In this document: one piece after another, positions 25,518-37,930 of the stretch
How the letters are laid out: every line of letters starts with the position of its first letter
How positions within the stretch are numbered: the first letter of the stretch is position 1
DNA from: Mobula hypostoma
Lineage: Eukaryota
DNA length: 64,000 bases
NCBI RefSeq assembly: GCF_963921235.1
Contig: NC_086097.1
Coordinates: 134,542,001 to 134,606,000, forward strand
Reading direction: 5' to 3'
Notes under the pieces: generated by a model
Seen by the model: the letters and a program-made list of their open reading frames with translations, nothing else
Databases searched by the model: none
What the model was told of the DNA's origin: nothing
Program-made: the position numbers and the translations under genes

Positions 25518-26670
25518 GTCAAGAAAACAACCTTTCCCTCAATGTCACCAAAATAAAACAGAGAACTGGTCAGTGACTTCAGGTAGGGGGTTGGTGCTCA
25601 TGCACTGATTTATATTAATGGTGCTGGGGCTGAGGGGGTTGAAAGTTTCAAGTTCCTTGGAGTGAATATTGCCACATCCTGTTCCAATCACGTAGATGCC
25701 AGGACCAAGAAAATGCACCAGCATCTCTACTTCCTCATGTGCCTAAAGAAATTTAGCATGTACCCTCTGACCCTCACCAATTTTTGTTGATGCACTACAG
25801 AAAGCTTGGTATAGATACTGCACCGCTCATGATCAGAGGAAACTGCAGGGAATTGTGAACGCAGCTCAGCACATCACAGAAACCAGCCTTCCCTCTATGG
25901 ATTTTGTCCATACTTTATACTGCCTTGATAAAGCAGCCAACGTAATTAAAGATCCCACCCACCCTGGGTGGCAGGGTGGAGTTGTACCTCTACCAAAGGA
26001 GGTGCAATGTGCTCCTTCCTTTCGCTAGCCTGCAGGTCACCCTCGGGCAAGGTTTAGCACCTGCTTAGCCCCCACCGACCACCTCCCCCCCCAAAAAAAA
26101 TCAGGATCACGTGAAGCCATGGGAGCAGGTGGTGCATGGTCAAATGAGCAGTTGGTACATATCACAAGTCCTGGTTATGCGACCACTGACGCCAGGCACA
26201 CAGTCTCTGGGGTCACCTGTCTTGTAAAGACACTCCCCAAAGAAAGGAAATAGCAAACCACTTTTGTAAAAACTTGCTAAGAGCAATCATGTTCATGAGA
26301 CCACGATCACCTACATCATATAACACAGCACATGATGTTGACCCACCCTGGACATTATCTCTTCCCCGCCCCCTCCCATTGGACAGGAGATACAAAAGCC
26401 ACAAAGCACATCCCCTCAGGTACATGCACTTCTATCCCACAGTTGTAAGATTATCCCTTGCACGGTAAGGTGGACTCTTGACCTAATAATTGACTGTGCT
26501 GTAGCCTTGCACCTTAATGTCTATCTGTACTACACTTTCTCTGTACTTTATTCTGCACTCTGTTATTGTTTTACCTTGTACTATGTCAATTACTGTTCTC
26601 ATAGACAGTATGCAAGACAAGTTTTCCACTGTACCTCAGCACGTATGATAATAATAAACCAATTTACCAA
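25518..26670 (+). mobile_element. Rex1/Babar-type RT C-terminal fragment interrupted by a SINE
   Basis: ENNLSLNVTK...VESFKFLGVNI...HQHLYFL...KAANVIKDPTHPG; resumes after 26351. Confidence 0.75.
25968..26340 (+). mobile_element. Non-autonomous retroposon (probably an RTE-partner SINE) with 11-bp TSD
   Basis: Exact direct repeat ACCCACCCTGG at 25957-25967 and 26341-26351. Short (TGA)n-like 3' tail. Structured 5' region. Confidence 0.8.
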
Positions 26671-28539
26671 TTGTGTAGACAGAAGAGATTAGTTAAATTA
26701 GTTATTGAATATTCATTTAATTAGTTTGGTCCAACATCGTGGACTGAAAGACTTGTTCTAGTAGTGTGCTGTTGTATGTTCTAAAATGCTCAACTTTACA
26801 TAGCTATGATTTATGCAGCCAAAGGTATACAGTTGGACCAAGTACTGACATTTGTTCAATGTTTAATGTGCAAAATGATCATGAATTTTGTAAGTCTAAA
26901 ACTTCAAAATGTAAGCTCTTCTCTTTATTCCACTAAATATATAAGAAAGATAGCATGCACAGATTATGTGTTCACAGTTGTTCATGAATTGTAGGTTATG
27001 CAGCCTTGGTGAATAACGATTCACTCACTTAGACTAGCAAAACATTGGCTGAAGGTATTTAAGGGGGGCTAAATATTTCTAAGGCAATAGAGAAATTTGC
27101 ACATGTAAGAGGCATCAAGGGGTATTGGGAGAGCACAGAAATGTAGTATTGAGATTGATGACCAGCCATAATCATATTGAATGATGGAGCTGGCTCAAAA
27201 GATTAAATGGCTTATTCATGCTACTATTTTCTATGTCTCCATGTTAAAGAGAATGTGATTTTCCCTGATGGATTGACCAAATACCTCTGTTGCATAATTG
27301 TGGTAATACTCCAACTGCCAGAAAGCACACTTACAATATAGCATATTTCTCACTTGCAGATTTCTTCTGAAAACATTTTTTGATGCTTGATACAAAGGGA
27401 ATCAGAGTGAATGAATATCATTAATAATTTCTTTGCCTTTTGAGAACTACAAATAATATTTTGATTTGGTGCCTGTGGGTGATCATTTGCTTATGACACT
27501 GTGGGACATTTTCAATAATCATTGGGTGGTGATCTGACTGCCCATGCTGGCAAAATATAGCCATGGTTCATGTCATAATAAAATACTGCTCAAATTAAAG
27601 TGACAAATTTGCATTTACCACATTTATCACTGCTTAGTCAAACAATTAAGAATTTGTAATGCTAAAGTATTTCTAATTTTTCTTTTAAAATGCTATCTTG
27701 ATATTGCCAATTGTACTCCAAATACCAAATTAACCACTGAAAGATTAAATATTTGTACAGTATTAATCAGTGCAACGCAAGATAAAAACTCAACAAACCA
27801 AAGTGTTGCCTGAATTTAACTCATACAAGAGCTAAAGGGACGCAAGTAAACATCTAATGTACATTTGTATTATGTTTTGTGGTAACTAATATAGATCACA
27901 GTTCAATATTTGCAAAAATACACAATTATTATCATATTGAAAAGCTGTTATTGATATTCTATCTATGTCCAGGAAGCAGAACAGCAGGTTTTCACAAAGT
28001 TGCATCAACATAGCATGATGTACTTCAGGGTTCTGCTATTCAACACACCCAGCTCTTTGATGTCAGTCAAGTTGCTGGAAGCATGCAGTGAATTGACTTA
28101 TGGTCACTTAGAGGACAACAAAAAAATGTGAGCATGATTAGAAGGACATTTGAAGACTTGACAGAGAAACATAAGACCAAGTATTTAACAAGAGGAAGTT
28201 AAGTGACAGTAGCTGAGACAAAAAAAAACATTGATGCATTTAAGGGGAAACCTGATAAACCACAAAAGATAGAAAGAAATAGAAGGATATAAATAGAGGT
28301 AGACTTCAGAACAGAGACCACCCATTTGTAATCTAATTATCTGTCAGTCTTCTGGGCCATGCCGTTTTCTCACAGCTACCATCAGGCAGGAGTTACAGAA
28401 GCCTGAAGTCCCATACCATTAAGTTGAAGAACAGCTACTCCTCTTCAACCCTTTAGTTCTGAAACCAAATAGCAAAATCCTACTTACTAACTTAGAATAG
28501 CAACTCAGCAATAACTTTTCCCTACAATGGATTTTGCTT

Positions 28540-29370
28540 TTGGGTTACAACACAACCAAGATGGTTCTGAGTTGTGGTTTCCATTGAGGTCGCAGCTCAG
28601 ATTTTTTTCTCAGGCTTGCAGGGGTGGTTTTGGGGACAGGTTAGGGTTTAGAGACAGGGATGCAGGGAAATTAGAGGTCAAGCCAAAGTCCGAGCCTCCA
28701 CTCCGCATTCAAAGGCCAGTACATGGACGTAAGACATCCGTGGTTGGATGTCAAGCCAGCAGACAAGTGTGGATAAGGACTAATGGCCCCCACCCCACCC
28801 AGAGTCAGCGAGTTATTGGTGGGTTCTGGAGGTGGAATTCTGGGCGGGCAGAACGAACGAAGTCCAATGACCCACTGGGTATGCAAATTGCTGAGGTCAG
28901 AGTTCAAGGCCTAGTATTCAGTAATTGGCAAGTTCAGGGATAAATACCAAGCTTATAGAGTCGATTTGAAGTCCGGATGTTGAAGCCCACTGGCAGGAGC
29001 TCGGAGTCTGCGAATCTCTGCAAGCTCTCTGGTGAATTTGAAGACCCAATGTCTGCGAGTCCGAGGCTGAGTCAGCTGGAGACTGAAGATGGCCTGTCCT
29101 GCAGTTGGAGGACTGAACTTACATGTAGGTATGTGGGAGGGAGGAACACGGCTTGTTTTGTTGTTGTTTTGTTGATTATTGTGTTCTGTTGTGTTGTGTC
29201 CTGTATTGTTCTAACAAAGATTGTGGGCACGTTATGTTGCCACCAAAATGTAATGCAACACCTGTGGGCTGCACCCAGCAAATTCTCAGATGGATTGGTT
29301 GTTAATACAACCGACATGTTTCATTGCATGTTTCAATATACATGTGATAAATAGATTTGAATCTTGATCT
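28540..29370 (+). mobile_element. Probable non-autonomous retroposon within a Rex-type 3' fragment (~28350-29540)
   Basis: GC-richer block ending in a Rex-like 3' end (catgtgataaatagatttgaatcttgatct), flanked by Rex 3' sequence. Confidence 0.45.
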
Positions 29371-30639
29371 AATTTTGTTCTTTCTTGTAAAAATTATGCA
29401 TAATTTACATAAAATTTTATGCTTTTGTTGTGAAGGCTGCTTATTGCATGCTACATGCCTGTGATGCTGCTGCGATTAAGTTTTTCATTGCAGCTGTGCA
29501 TACATATATTTGTGCATACGACAATAAACTCGACTTCGATCATTAGAACACAATGAGAGGAAGACTTGAGAAGACTGCAGAGTGGCTTGTACTGAACATT
29601 AGATAAACCGGCTGGGCCAAAACACTACAATAAGGCCCAAAAGAAATTAATAATGAGTGCAAAAATTGTCACTGAACTCACTCTTGAATATTCAACTTAA
29701 GTAATTTTTGGAGGACAGATTGTCCTTGCGTGTAAAGAACTTGTGGTAGATGTATTCCTACTGATTTTTTAAAAAATCTTTCTCTCTGCACTATAAAATT
29801 CCTGAACAATGAATAAACATTGTGTGGTAGGTTGGGTAGAACATCAGAAATTTTCTTCCAGCTCCAAGCTTTAGGTCTTGGGCACATGTGAAGCAACAGG
29901 CATATTTAGAAATTGGCTTGACTTGCTACCAGCATGAGATTGCAAATTGCCAAAAGGTTTGCAAAACGACCTGTAAATAATGAGGGGCAAGTATGCATGT
30001 GACTTGCAGAGTAAACTGCCGCCCACCATGAAGCAAATATTTAGAGCAGCTGAACACTGAAGTTACAAGCAGCAAGGATCTAGCAGCCCCATTGCTTAAG
30101 CTTTCCAGCATCTGCAGAATCTCCTGTGCCTGCGAAGTTTCTATCATGGTTTTAATAGTTATATTGATGGAGGTGTTGATGGCCAAGTTTTAAAGACTTG
30201 CAAGACCTGTTGGCAGCCAACATAATCAAAGACCCCATCCACCTCAGATATTCTCTCTTCTCTCCCCATTCAACTGGGGAGAAGATACAAAAGCTTGAAA
30301 GCATCTCTTACCAGGTTCAAGGATAGTCTATAGCCTGCCATTATAAGCCTATCAAATGGTCCTTTAGTACAATATTATGGACTCCTGACCTCATAATCTA
30401 CCTTATTATGACCTTGCACTTTACTGTCTGCCTGCCCTACACTTTTGCTGTAACTGGAACACTTTATCCAGTTATTGTTTTCCCTTGCACTACCTCAGTG
30501 CACTATTGCAATGAAATGATCTATATGGATGGCATGCAGAACAAAGTTTTTCACTGTACCTCGGTGCATGCACCAATACAGTAATAAATCAATTCAATAT
30601 TGAAATGGATTTACACTTAAACAGAATGTTCTTATCTTT

Positions 30640-31050
30640 GTCCAGAAGCACCAAAAGATTTTTACAGACAATGAGATACTGGTGAGGCCTTGTTACACCC
30701 TGCAGTGGAAATGTGCGCACAGCTCATTGATAACAAATGAATGATCTGTTTTGCTGATGAACTGAGGGATAAGTACTGGCCAGGATACCACGGATCCTTC
30801 AGAACTGGGGTTCCCAACTTCTTTTACCCACGGATCCCAGGTGGGAAGCACTGTTTCAGAAGAATACCATTGAATCTTTTACTTCAGTCTAAAAAAGCAG
30901 CGAGGTATCATGCATCATCCAAAAAGTGGTCCAAATATTTCTTCACAGCATATTTTCCCCACTGAGCCACCGTAGATAATCCATTACTAACTTAAGAAAC
31001 GTCAGTTTCCTGTGACCTTCTATGATCAGAATATGCAATCAAGAGCTATC
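30640..31050 (-). mobile_element. Ancient Deu-domain SINE relic (SacSINE1/AmnSINE1-like)
   Basis: gcgcacagc...gatctgttttgctgatg...gagggataagtactggccaggatacc...atcttttac resembles the reverse complement of the Deu domain. Recognised from memory of the family. Confidence 0.55.
30805..30853. mobile_element. 49-bp hAT (Charlie-type) MITE
   Basis: TIRs CTGGGGTTCCCAAC / GTGGGAAGCACTG. 8-bp TSD CTTCAGAA (30797-30804) / TTTCAGAA (30854-30861). Confidence 0.75.
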
Positions 31051-31169
31051 TTTGAATAGAGGAAGGTAAGAAACTAGTGTGGGAGTAGACCATCAAGCTC
31101 AGTCTACCATTTAATATCATCATGACTGAACTATGTTGGCCTCAACTCTTCTTGGAGTCATAGTGTTAT

Positions 31170-31810
31170 ACAGCATAGAAATGGGTCCTTCAGCCCTCCA
31201 CTTCAATATTACCATCGTGCCTAATCCAAATTTATTGCATTTATTTCGTATTCTTCTCTGCCTTACTCATTCAGGTACCTGTCCAAATGCCTTTTACATA
31301 TTGTTATTGTTCCTGTCTCCACCATTCTCCTATGACAGCTCATTCCATATACCAACTACTCTTTGTTAAAAATGTACTCTTCAGATGTCCTCTCACTTTA
31401 AACCTATGCCCTCCAGCTTTAGATGCTGCTTTATATCTTCTTTCCCATGATATCATGGGGAAAAAAACATTGGCTATCTACCCTATCAATGTGTCTCATA
31501 GTTTTATATACTTCTATCACATCAACCTCAGCCGCCTTTGTTCCAGGTAAAACAGATCCAGCATATCCAATATCTACTGACAACTCAAGCCCTCCCATCT
31601 AGCCAACATCCTTGTGGATCTCTTCTGCACCTCTCGCTTAACCACATCATTCCTTGAGTATGCTGACCAGAACTGTACACAATACTCCAAATGTAGCCTA
31701 ACCAATATTTTTTACATGACTGTAACGGAACACCCCAACCCTTGTACTCAAGACATTGGCTGACGAAGGCAAGCACCATAATGCTTTCTTTACCACCTTG
31801 TCAACCTGTG
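31170..31810 (-). mobile_element. CR1-type LINE 3' fragment
   Basis: Minus strand encodes LAFVSQCLEYKGW...LVRLHLEYCVQFWS, followed by 3'UTR. Confidence 0.75.
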
Positions 31811-33281
31811 CCATTTCTCCATATCACTGTATGTCTCAATCTATCAAATATTTATCCAGTGGACATTCACTTGCACAAGCTTCGAGTTTTAACATAGCCA
31901 TCTAATATCTACATCTACCTAAAGTGCAACTCACTAGTATTAACAGTAAATAGTCAAATCAATTAATCCCTCTTCCAAGAAAAAAGTGTATAAACAGCAA
32001 CATGACCTTTAACGCCCTATTGTGCACCTCCTGCATCCCTCTGGCCCCAACATTCGAGTGCTGGCATTATGCACGACTCAGTTCCAACACCTTTTTACTT
32101 TTTCAAGGGTTTCATTATTTTCAAATGGAGTTTGTACTCCAATTGCAACAATCATTTATAAACTATCATGCTTTAAAATTGTGTCTGATTAATGCAATGT
32201 TAAAAAAATATACAAAGTTGTCCTTATTTCTGTGGGAAGATGTTTTTTTAATAAGATGAACAGATTCACCTAACATATTCTACCTTCATTAATATGGTTA
32301 ACAAAACTTATTCAAATTAAAAGGTCTCTAGGAGTTTAAAATAAATAAATTATAGTGTTGTGCGATGTCAGCAATGATATTTTGTGGAAGTGGATTGCAT
32401 ATTTTTGTTCTCAAGCTGTGCTTTATAGACATTAATGTAATATACTGTATGTATATCATCCTAAACAAGCAATGTGAGCAATGCTCACGAATATGTCCTT
32501 GGGGAAGTATGATTGGGAAGGTCTGGATATCATTCAAAAGCAGTCAAAATATCATGAGCAGAAAATGCACAGACATGAAAATGTCAGAGCAAACTAAAAC
32601 AGACTGATGTTGAAAGCAATCACACAAACACAAATCTGTCTTTCTGCAAGGCATTTCTATTATATTTAGACTCACTTTGTAAACTGAGCACTTTTTGGTC
32701 AAACTAATACTTCTGCAATTTGCAAACACATCACATTGTTTGAATAATTCCTCAAATTAAATGAGTGCTCAGACATCCACAAATAGAAAGTTTCCACATT
32801 TGTCTGACACCTATGCAGGGTTAGGATAAAAAGAAAGACCTTCAGCACTTTGTTAAAACCTTAAGGCCATTAAAGTTGCCTGAAATCATAGAGGGGAAGA
32901 GGTCAACCAAAAGTACGCAAATCATACACGAAGTACTGTTTTTATATTATTTTGACCCTGGAGAGTTTGGGGGCTAATTGGATTACCTGAAACACAAGAA
33001 GCCCCATTCTTAAGTTTCCAAATAAGCTACTGAAATACAGAGGCAGATGTTCTATTATTCAACACTCAACGTACCCAGCAGAAATTCGACTGGTAACCAA
33101 ACTCTACACAACCACACTCAGACAGCTTCTAGTCTATGGGGATTCACCAGTTGAAACATTTCACCTCACTAATGCCAAGCACCAGCAAACTATTCTTAGG
33201 TGAAACTCCTCAGAACTCTTATTTTACCATAGTTGTGTTTGCAGTAGCCCAGTCCCTTGTGACAAAACCAAAGGTCAAAAT

Positions 33282-34100
33282 TCAGAATCAGAGTCAGAAT
33301 CAAGTTTAATATCACTGGCACATGTCATGAAAAGTATTGTTTTGCGGCTGCAGTATATTGCAATATATAATCGTAAAAAGTACAAATTACAATAAGTAGC
33401 ATATATTTAAAAAGAAGATTAAGTAAGTGGTACAAAAAGAAGTCAGGGACTGCTCATGGGTTCATTGTCCATTCAGAAATCTGATGGCAGAGGGGAAGAA
33501 GCTGGTCCTGAACTGTTCAGTCTGTACCTCCTGCTTGATGATAAGAATAAAAAGAGGGCATGCCCTGGGTGATGGGAGTCCTTAATAATGGATGCAGTCT
33601 TTTTGAAGCATTGCCTTTTGAAGGTGTCCTGGATGCTGAGGAGGCTAGCACCCATGATGAAACTGGCTAAGTGTACAATTTTCTGCATCTTTTGCCGGTG
33701 TTAAGAATTTGCCCACCATACCCAACGGTTAGGATGCTCACCACGGTACGTCTGCAGAAATTTGCATGTGTCTTTGATGACTTATTAATTCTCCTCAAAC
33801 TCCAAATGAAATACAGCCACTGCCGTGCCTGCTTTGTAATTGCATTGAAATTTTGGGCCCAGGATAGATCCTCAGAGATGTTGATGCCCAGGAACTTGAA
33901 ATTGCTTACCCTTTCCACTTCTGATCCCTCAGTGAGGACTGGTGTGTGTTCCTCAACTTCCCCTTCCTGAAGTCCACAATCAATTCCTTGGTCTTTCTGA
34001 CGTTGAATGCAAGTTTGTTGCTATAACACCACTCCACCAGCTGATCTATCTCACTCTTACAAGCCTTGTCACCACCATCTTAAATTTTGACAACAATAGT
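33282..34100 (-). mobile_element. Rex1/Babar-type LINE RT C-terminal fragment
   Basis: ORFs ERVSNFKFLGINISEDLSW...RQWLYF and IIKDSHHPGHALF. (TTCTGA)n tail. Confidence 0.85.
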
Positions 34101-34261
34101 TGTGTTCCATTTAGTAAGCCATTCATCTCTGGGTTCTGTTTAGCAAGCTATTCCTCAACAACACCTGAGAGCTCAACACACTTATCATTAGGGTTTGCTT
34201 ATTCCTTCTATGCCTTCACTGACCATCTCTAATTGTCTCTTTGCCCCTTTGCTGAAGGCTT

Positions 34262-34612
34262 TCAGAATCAGGTTTATTATCACCAGCATGTGACATGAAA
34301 TTTGTTGACTTAACAGCAGCAGTTCAATGCAATACATAATATAGAAGAGAAAAAAAATAATAATAATCATAAGTAAATCAATTACAGTATTGAATAGAAA
34401 CGTGAAAGAAACATAAACACTGTATATTTTAAAAAGTAAGGTAGTGTCCAAGGGTTAAATGTCCATTTAGGAATTGGATGGTAGAGAGGAAGAAGCTGTT
34501 CCTGAATCACTGAGTGTGTGCCTTCAGGCTTCTGTACCTCCTACCTGATTGAGAAAAGGGCATGCTCTGGGCGCTGGAGGTCCTTAATAATTAACGTTGC
34601 CTTTCTGAGACA
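34262..34612 (-). mobile_element. Rex1/Babar-type 3' fragment
   Basis: Same tail and 3' coding end (RNSFFSLPS-type) as the copy at 33282. Confidence 0.7.
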
Positions 34613-35285
34613 CATTTTACAGGACTATTTAGAGATCAGGTATGAGAATGCATTTGGCAGTACTTTAGAACTACAGACCTTGATTTTCAACTCCTCTGCT
34701 AATGGAACCAGAGCCTTCCTATTTAAATATGCCTCCACTATATTATGCATTTCAATAAAGTTTCTTTTAGCCTCCTGTTTCAAAGAAAACAAAGCCAATA
34801 TAATCCATCTTTCCTCTTGGCATCAATTTTCCAGTCTCGGCCATTCTCACGCCTGGCCAGAATTGCATACAGCAGACAAGTCATGGTCAAAGTCATGATG
34901 CATGCAGTTCTGGCTTGCATAACCTCCACTTCAATATTCAAAGTTTTTACTAACAAAAGGAAACAATTCTCTATATCCTTTTAAGAACCTTACTGACTTC
35001 TCCTGCAACATTTAAGGACATTTATACTCCAAGGTCCTCAGTTCCTCTGCACCTTTCAGCATACAGCCATTCCTAGATAATCTTTTGTTTGCCGCACCTT
35101 TCTACGTGCATTAACTGGCACTTTTCCACACTCAGTTCCATTCACCACTTTGCTGCTCAACTGACCATTCCAGCTAATCTACCCAGTTTCTTCTACACTC
35201 TCCCCACTTCCCCATCACACTCTTTATTTCCCTTCTCTGTACATTACATCTGCCGATTACATATGTGCACCTCTCACTGAATCAT

Positions 35286-36495
35286 AAGCACAAGGGATTT
35301 TTGCAGATGCTGTAAATCCAGAGCAACACACACAAAATGCTGAAGGAACTCAACAGACAGGCAAGATCTATGGGCATGGATAAACAGCTAACATTTCAGG
35401 CTGAGACCTCATTAAAACCAGAAAGGAAGGTGGAAGATGCCAGAATGAGGTGGAGGAGGGAAAGGAGTACAAGCTGGCAGGTGAAACCAGTTGAGGGGGA
35501 AGGTGGGTGGAGGAGGGGAATAAAGTAAGAAGCTGGGAGGTGATAGGTGGAAAAGGTAAAGAGCTGGAGAAGGAAGAGTCTGATAGGAGAGGAGAGTGGA
35601 CCATGGGAGAAAGGGAAGGAGGGCGGTGGGAGGTGATGGATAGGTGAGGAGAAGAGGTAAGAGACCAGAATGGGGAACTGGAGAAGCAGGAATAGGAGGG
35701 GAAAGAAGATTACTGGAAGTTTGAGAAATCAATGTTCATGCCATCAGATTGGAGGCTACCTAGACAGCATATGAGGTGGTGCTCCTCCACCCTGAGAGTG
35801 CTGTCATCCTGGCATAAGGGGAGGATGTGGATTAACACGCTATAATGGGAATGGGGATAGAATTAAAATGGTTGGTCATGGGTAAATCCTGCATTTTGCA
35901 GATGGAGTGGAGGTGCTTAACAAAGCCGTCTCCCAATCTACATTGGGTCTCATAAGTGTGCAGGAGTCCACATAGGGAGCATGGATATAATGGATGACCC
36001 TAGCAGATTCACAGGTGAAGTGTTGCCTCACCTGAAAGGACTGTTTGGGGCCCTGAATGGAGTGAGGGAGGAGGTAAATGGGCAGGTGCAGCACATCTGC
36101 CGCTTACAGGGATAAGTGCCGGGGCAGATTAGTGGGGAGGAACAAATGGAATTGCCTCTCGCTGGATCACCTCCCCTAACTGTTCCATTTGCCCACCTCA
36201 TCTGCCTTACTGAATCCAATATTCCACTTTCCTTTGCAATCAGATTCCATCATCTCCACTGATCACTTCCCACCCTCTGCCACTATTTCCACTCTTCCCT
36301 CCTTTATCTGCCTATTACCATCCTCACTTGGATCCACCTAACCCTTGAAGCCCTTGCTGCAACCCTCTAGCTTAGCTCGTTATACCAGCTCTCTCCCCTC
36401 TATCTTTTAGTCCAGGTGATGGGTCTCGATCCAAAATGTCAACTGTCCATTTCCCGCCATAGATGCTGCCTGACCTGCTCAGTTCCTCCAGCGGT
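35286..36495 (-). mobile_element. Penelope-like element (Cys-rich linker + GIY-YIG remnant) with an inverted second terminal repeat
   Basis: Minus strand 35710-36140: PGTYPCKRQMCCTCP...QGPKQSFQVRQHFTCES...LGSLQSDGMNIDFSNFQ*. Terminal repeat at 35286-35700 (minus); a second copy at ~36220-36495 (plus) has a decayed hammerhead at 36409-36444. Confidence 0.85.
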
Positions 36496-36699
36496 TTTAT
36501 TTCTTTGCATAATTTAGTGTTCAGAAACTTTCCTCTGTGCTGTCAACACCATGGCTAATTCACACAAATCTCTTCACTCTGTCCCCATATTCTATAGTAG
36601 ACATTAGTAATCTGGACTTTAAAAATTAGGTTTCTGAAGTGGGAACTTCAACCACTGCTGACATAACCTTAATGACAGGCCGTTTGTGTTACATTAACT

Positions 36700-36960
36700 A
36701 ATTCACTTATTGCCCATCCTTAATTGCCCTTGAGCTGATTAACAGGTTAGGCGATTTCAGAATCAATCACACTATAGGTCAGCAGTCACAAATAGACTGG
36801 GTAAGGATGTTGATAAATCAGACGGAGTTCTGTAGTCAGCATTATTAATTGCATCTTCTTTTGTGAATTCCAGATTATTACTGCATTTAATATTCATAGT
36901 GGGCATCAAGCTCTGGGCTTCCAAGTTGCTGGTCCAGTAACTTAACTTCTGCATTACCTG
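36700..36960 (-). mobile_element. Old tRNA-derived SINE (second copy on plus strand at ~61900-62170)
   Basis: ttattgcccatccttaattgcccttgag...atttcaga...agtcaca corresponds in reverse to tgtgactccagac...gccctctgaaatagc...gacaataaat at 62080-62170. Confidence 0.5.
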
Positions 36961-37597
36961 TATATTCAGGCAGAACAGCTTTGGGAGGGTTGTGATGTCA
37001 GAGAACAGAAGAAAATTCTGGATTTAGGGAATAAACCTGAATGGTAGAAGGAATATCAGTGAGAGAGCACCTCTGCAAATTGTAATTGTATTCAAAAAGA
37101 CAAAGTTAAGGAAAAGACCAACAATAAGATAGACACAGAGATACCCAGTTTATTAGAAAGGGAAGTGATTAAGCAAAAATGGATTGGCAATGGCTACTTA
37201 AAGAATCTTGCTGAATGCATGTGTTTCCCACTTTTGAATAGTGATAACAAAAGTGAAGCACTGTGACAACTTGACATGAAGGCAAGTCTTTCATTTCTTC
37301 AATGCATTACCATCTCTCATGCTTAATTGCTGAGCCGTCACAGAAGCCAGTGATTAATATGATGTTTTATGTTATAGTGCAGTTCTCTGAAGTATTAGCA
37401 TCAGTCGTGTACACATTATACTTGGAATAACCCCCTGGTCATTTCCTGTTCACTGTTTAAGTACAAAAACCTTGTTGCTTAAAAAAGAGATTGACAGACA
37501 GAAACAAACATTTCTAAAATAAATATACTATTTCGTCTGTGATGCTTTGATTTAAATTAATGCTTTAAAATTATTTTTAAGTTTAGGTAGGTTTTCA

Positions 37598-37930
37598 ATT
37601 CTGAGAGGCATAGATAAGATGGACAGTATCAATCTTTTCCCCAGTGTAGGGGAATCCAAAACCGGGGGCATAGGTTTAAGGTAAGAGGCAAAAGATTTAA
37701 AAGGGACCCGCTGGGCAACTTTTTCCATACAGAGAGAGGAGGGTATATGGAACGTGCTGCTAGAGGAAATGGTTGAGGCAGGTATAATAGTATCATTTAA
37801 GAAGCACCTGGATAGAAAGGGAGGGGCTTGGAGAGATATGGGCCGTTGGAACTAGCTGATTAGGCAAAATGGTTGATGTAAAATGGTTGGGCCAAAGGGC
37901 CTGTATTGTGCTGCATTGCTCTGTGATTCT
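37598..37930 (+). mobile_element. CR1-type LINE 3' fragment
   Basis: gggcataggtttaaggtaagagg...gggccaaagggcctgtattgtgctg tail. Confidence 0.75.

Noticed and set aside
26010..26072. Twister-ribozyme-like reading on the minus strand (GGGGC UAA GCAGGU...CCCAAG...ACCUGC)
   Set aside because: The P1 partner and conserved L1/L4 residues do not fall in place, and the tail and TSD indicate the plus strand is sense.
27973..28127. Open frame EAEQQVFTKLHQ...LEDNKK between AG and GTGAGC (possible exon)
   Set aside because: Weak polypyrimidine tract, no recognisable protein and no partner exons; it would need RNA-seq or homology support.
28527..29354. 138-aa and 125-aa ORFs
   Set aside because: They lie in a probable non-autonomous repeat and show no protein motifs.
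29682..29801. Minus-strand open segment ending in a strong GTGAGT donor
   Set aside because: The peptide is not recognisable, and isolated splice-like signals are expected by chance in 64 kb.
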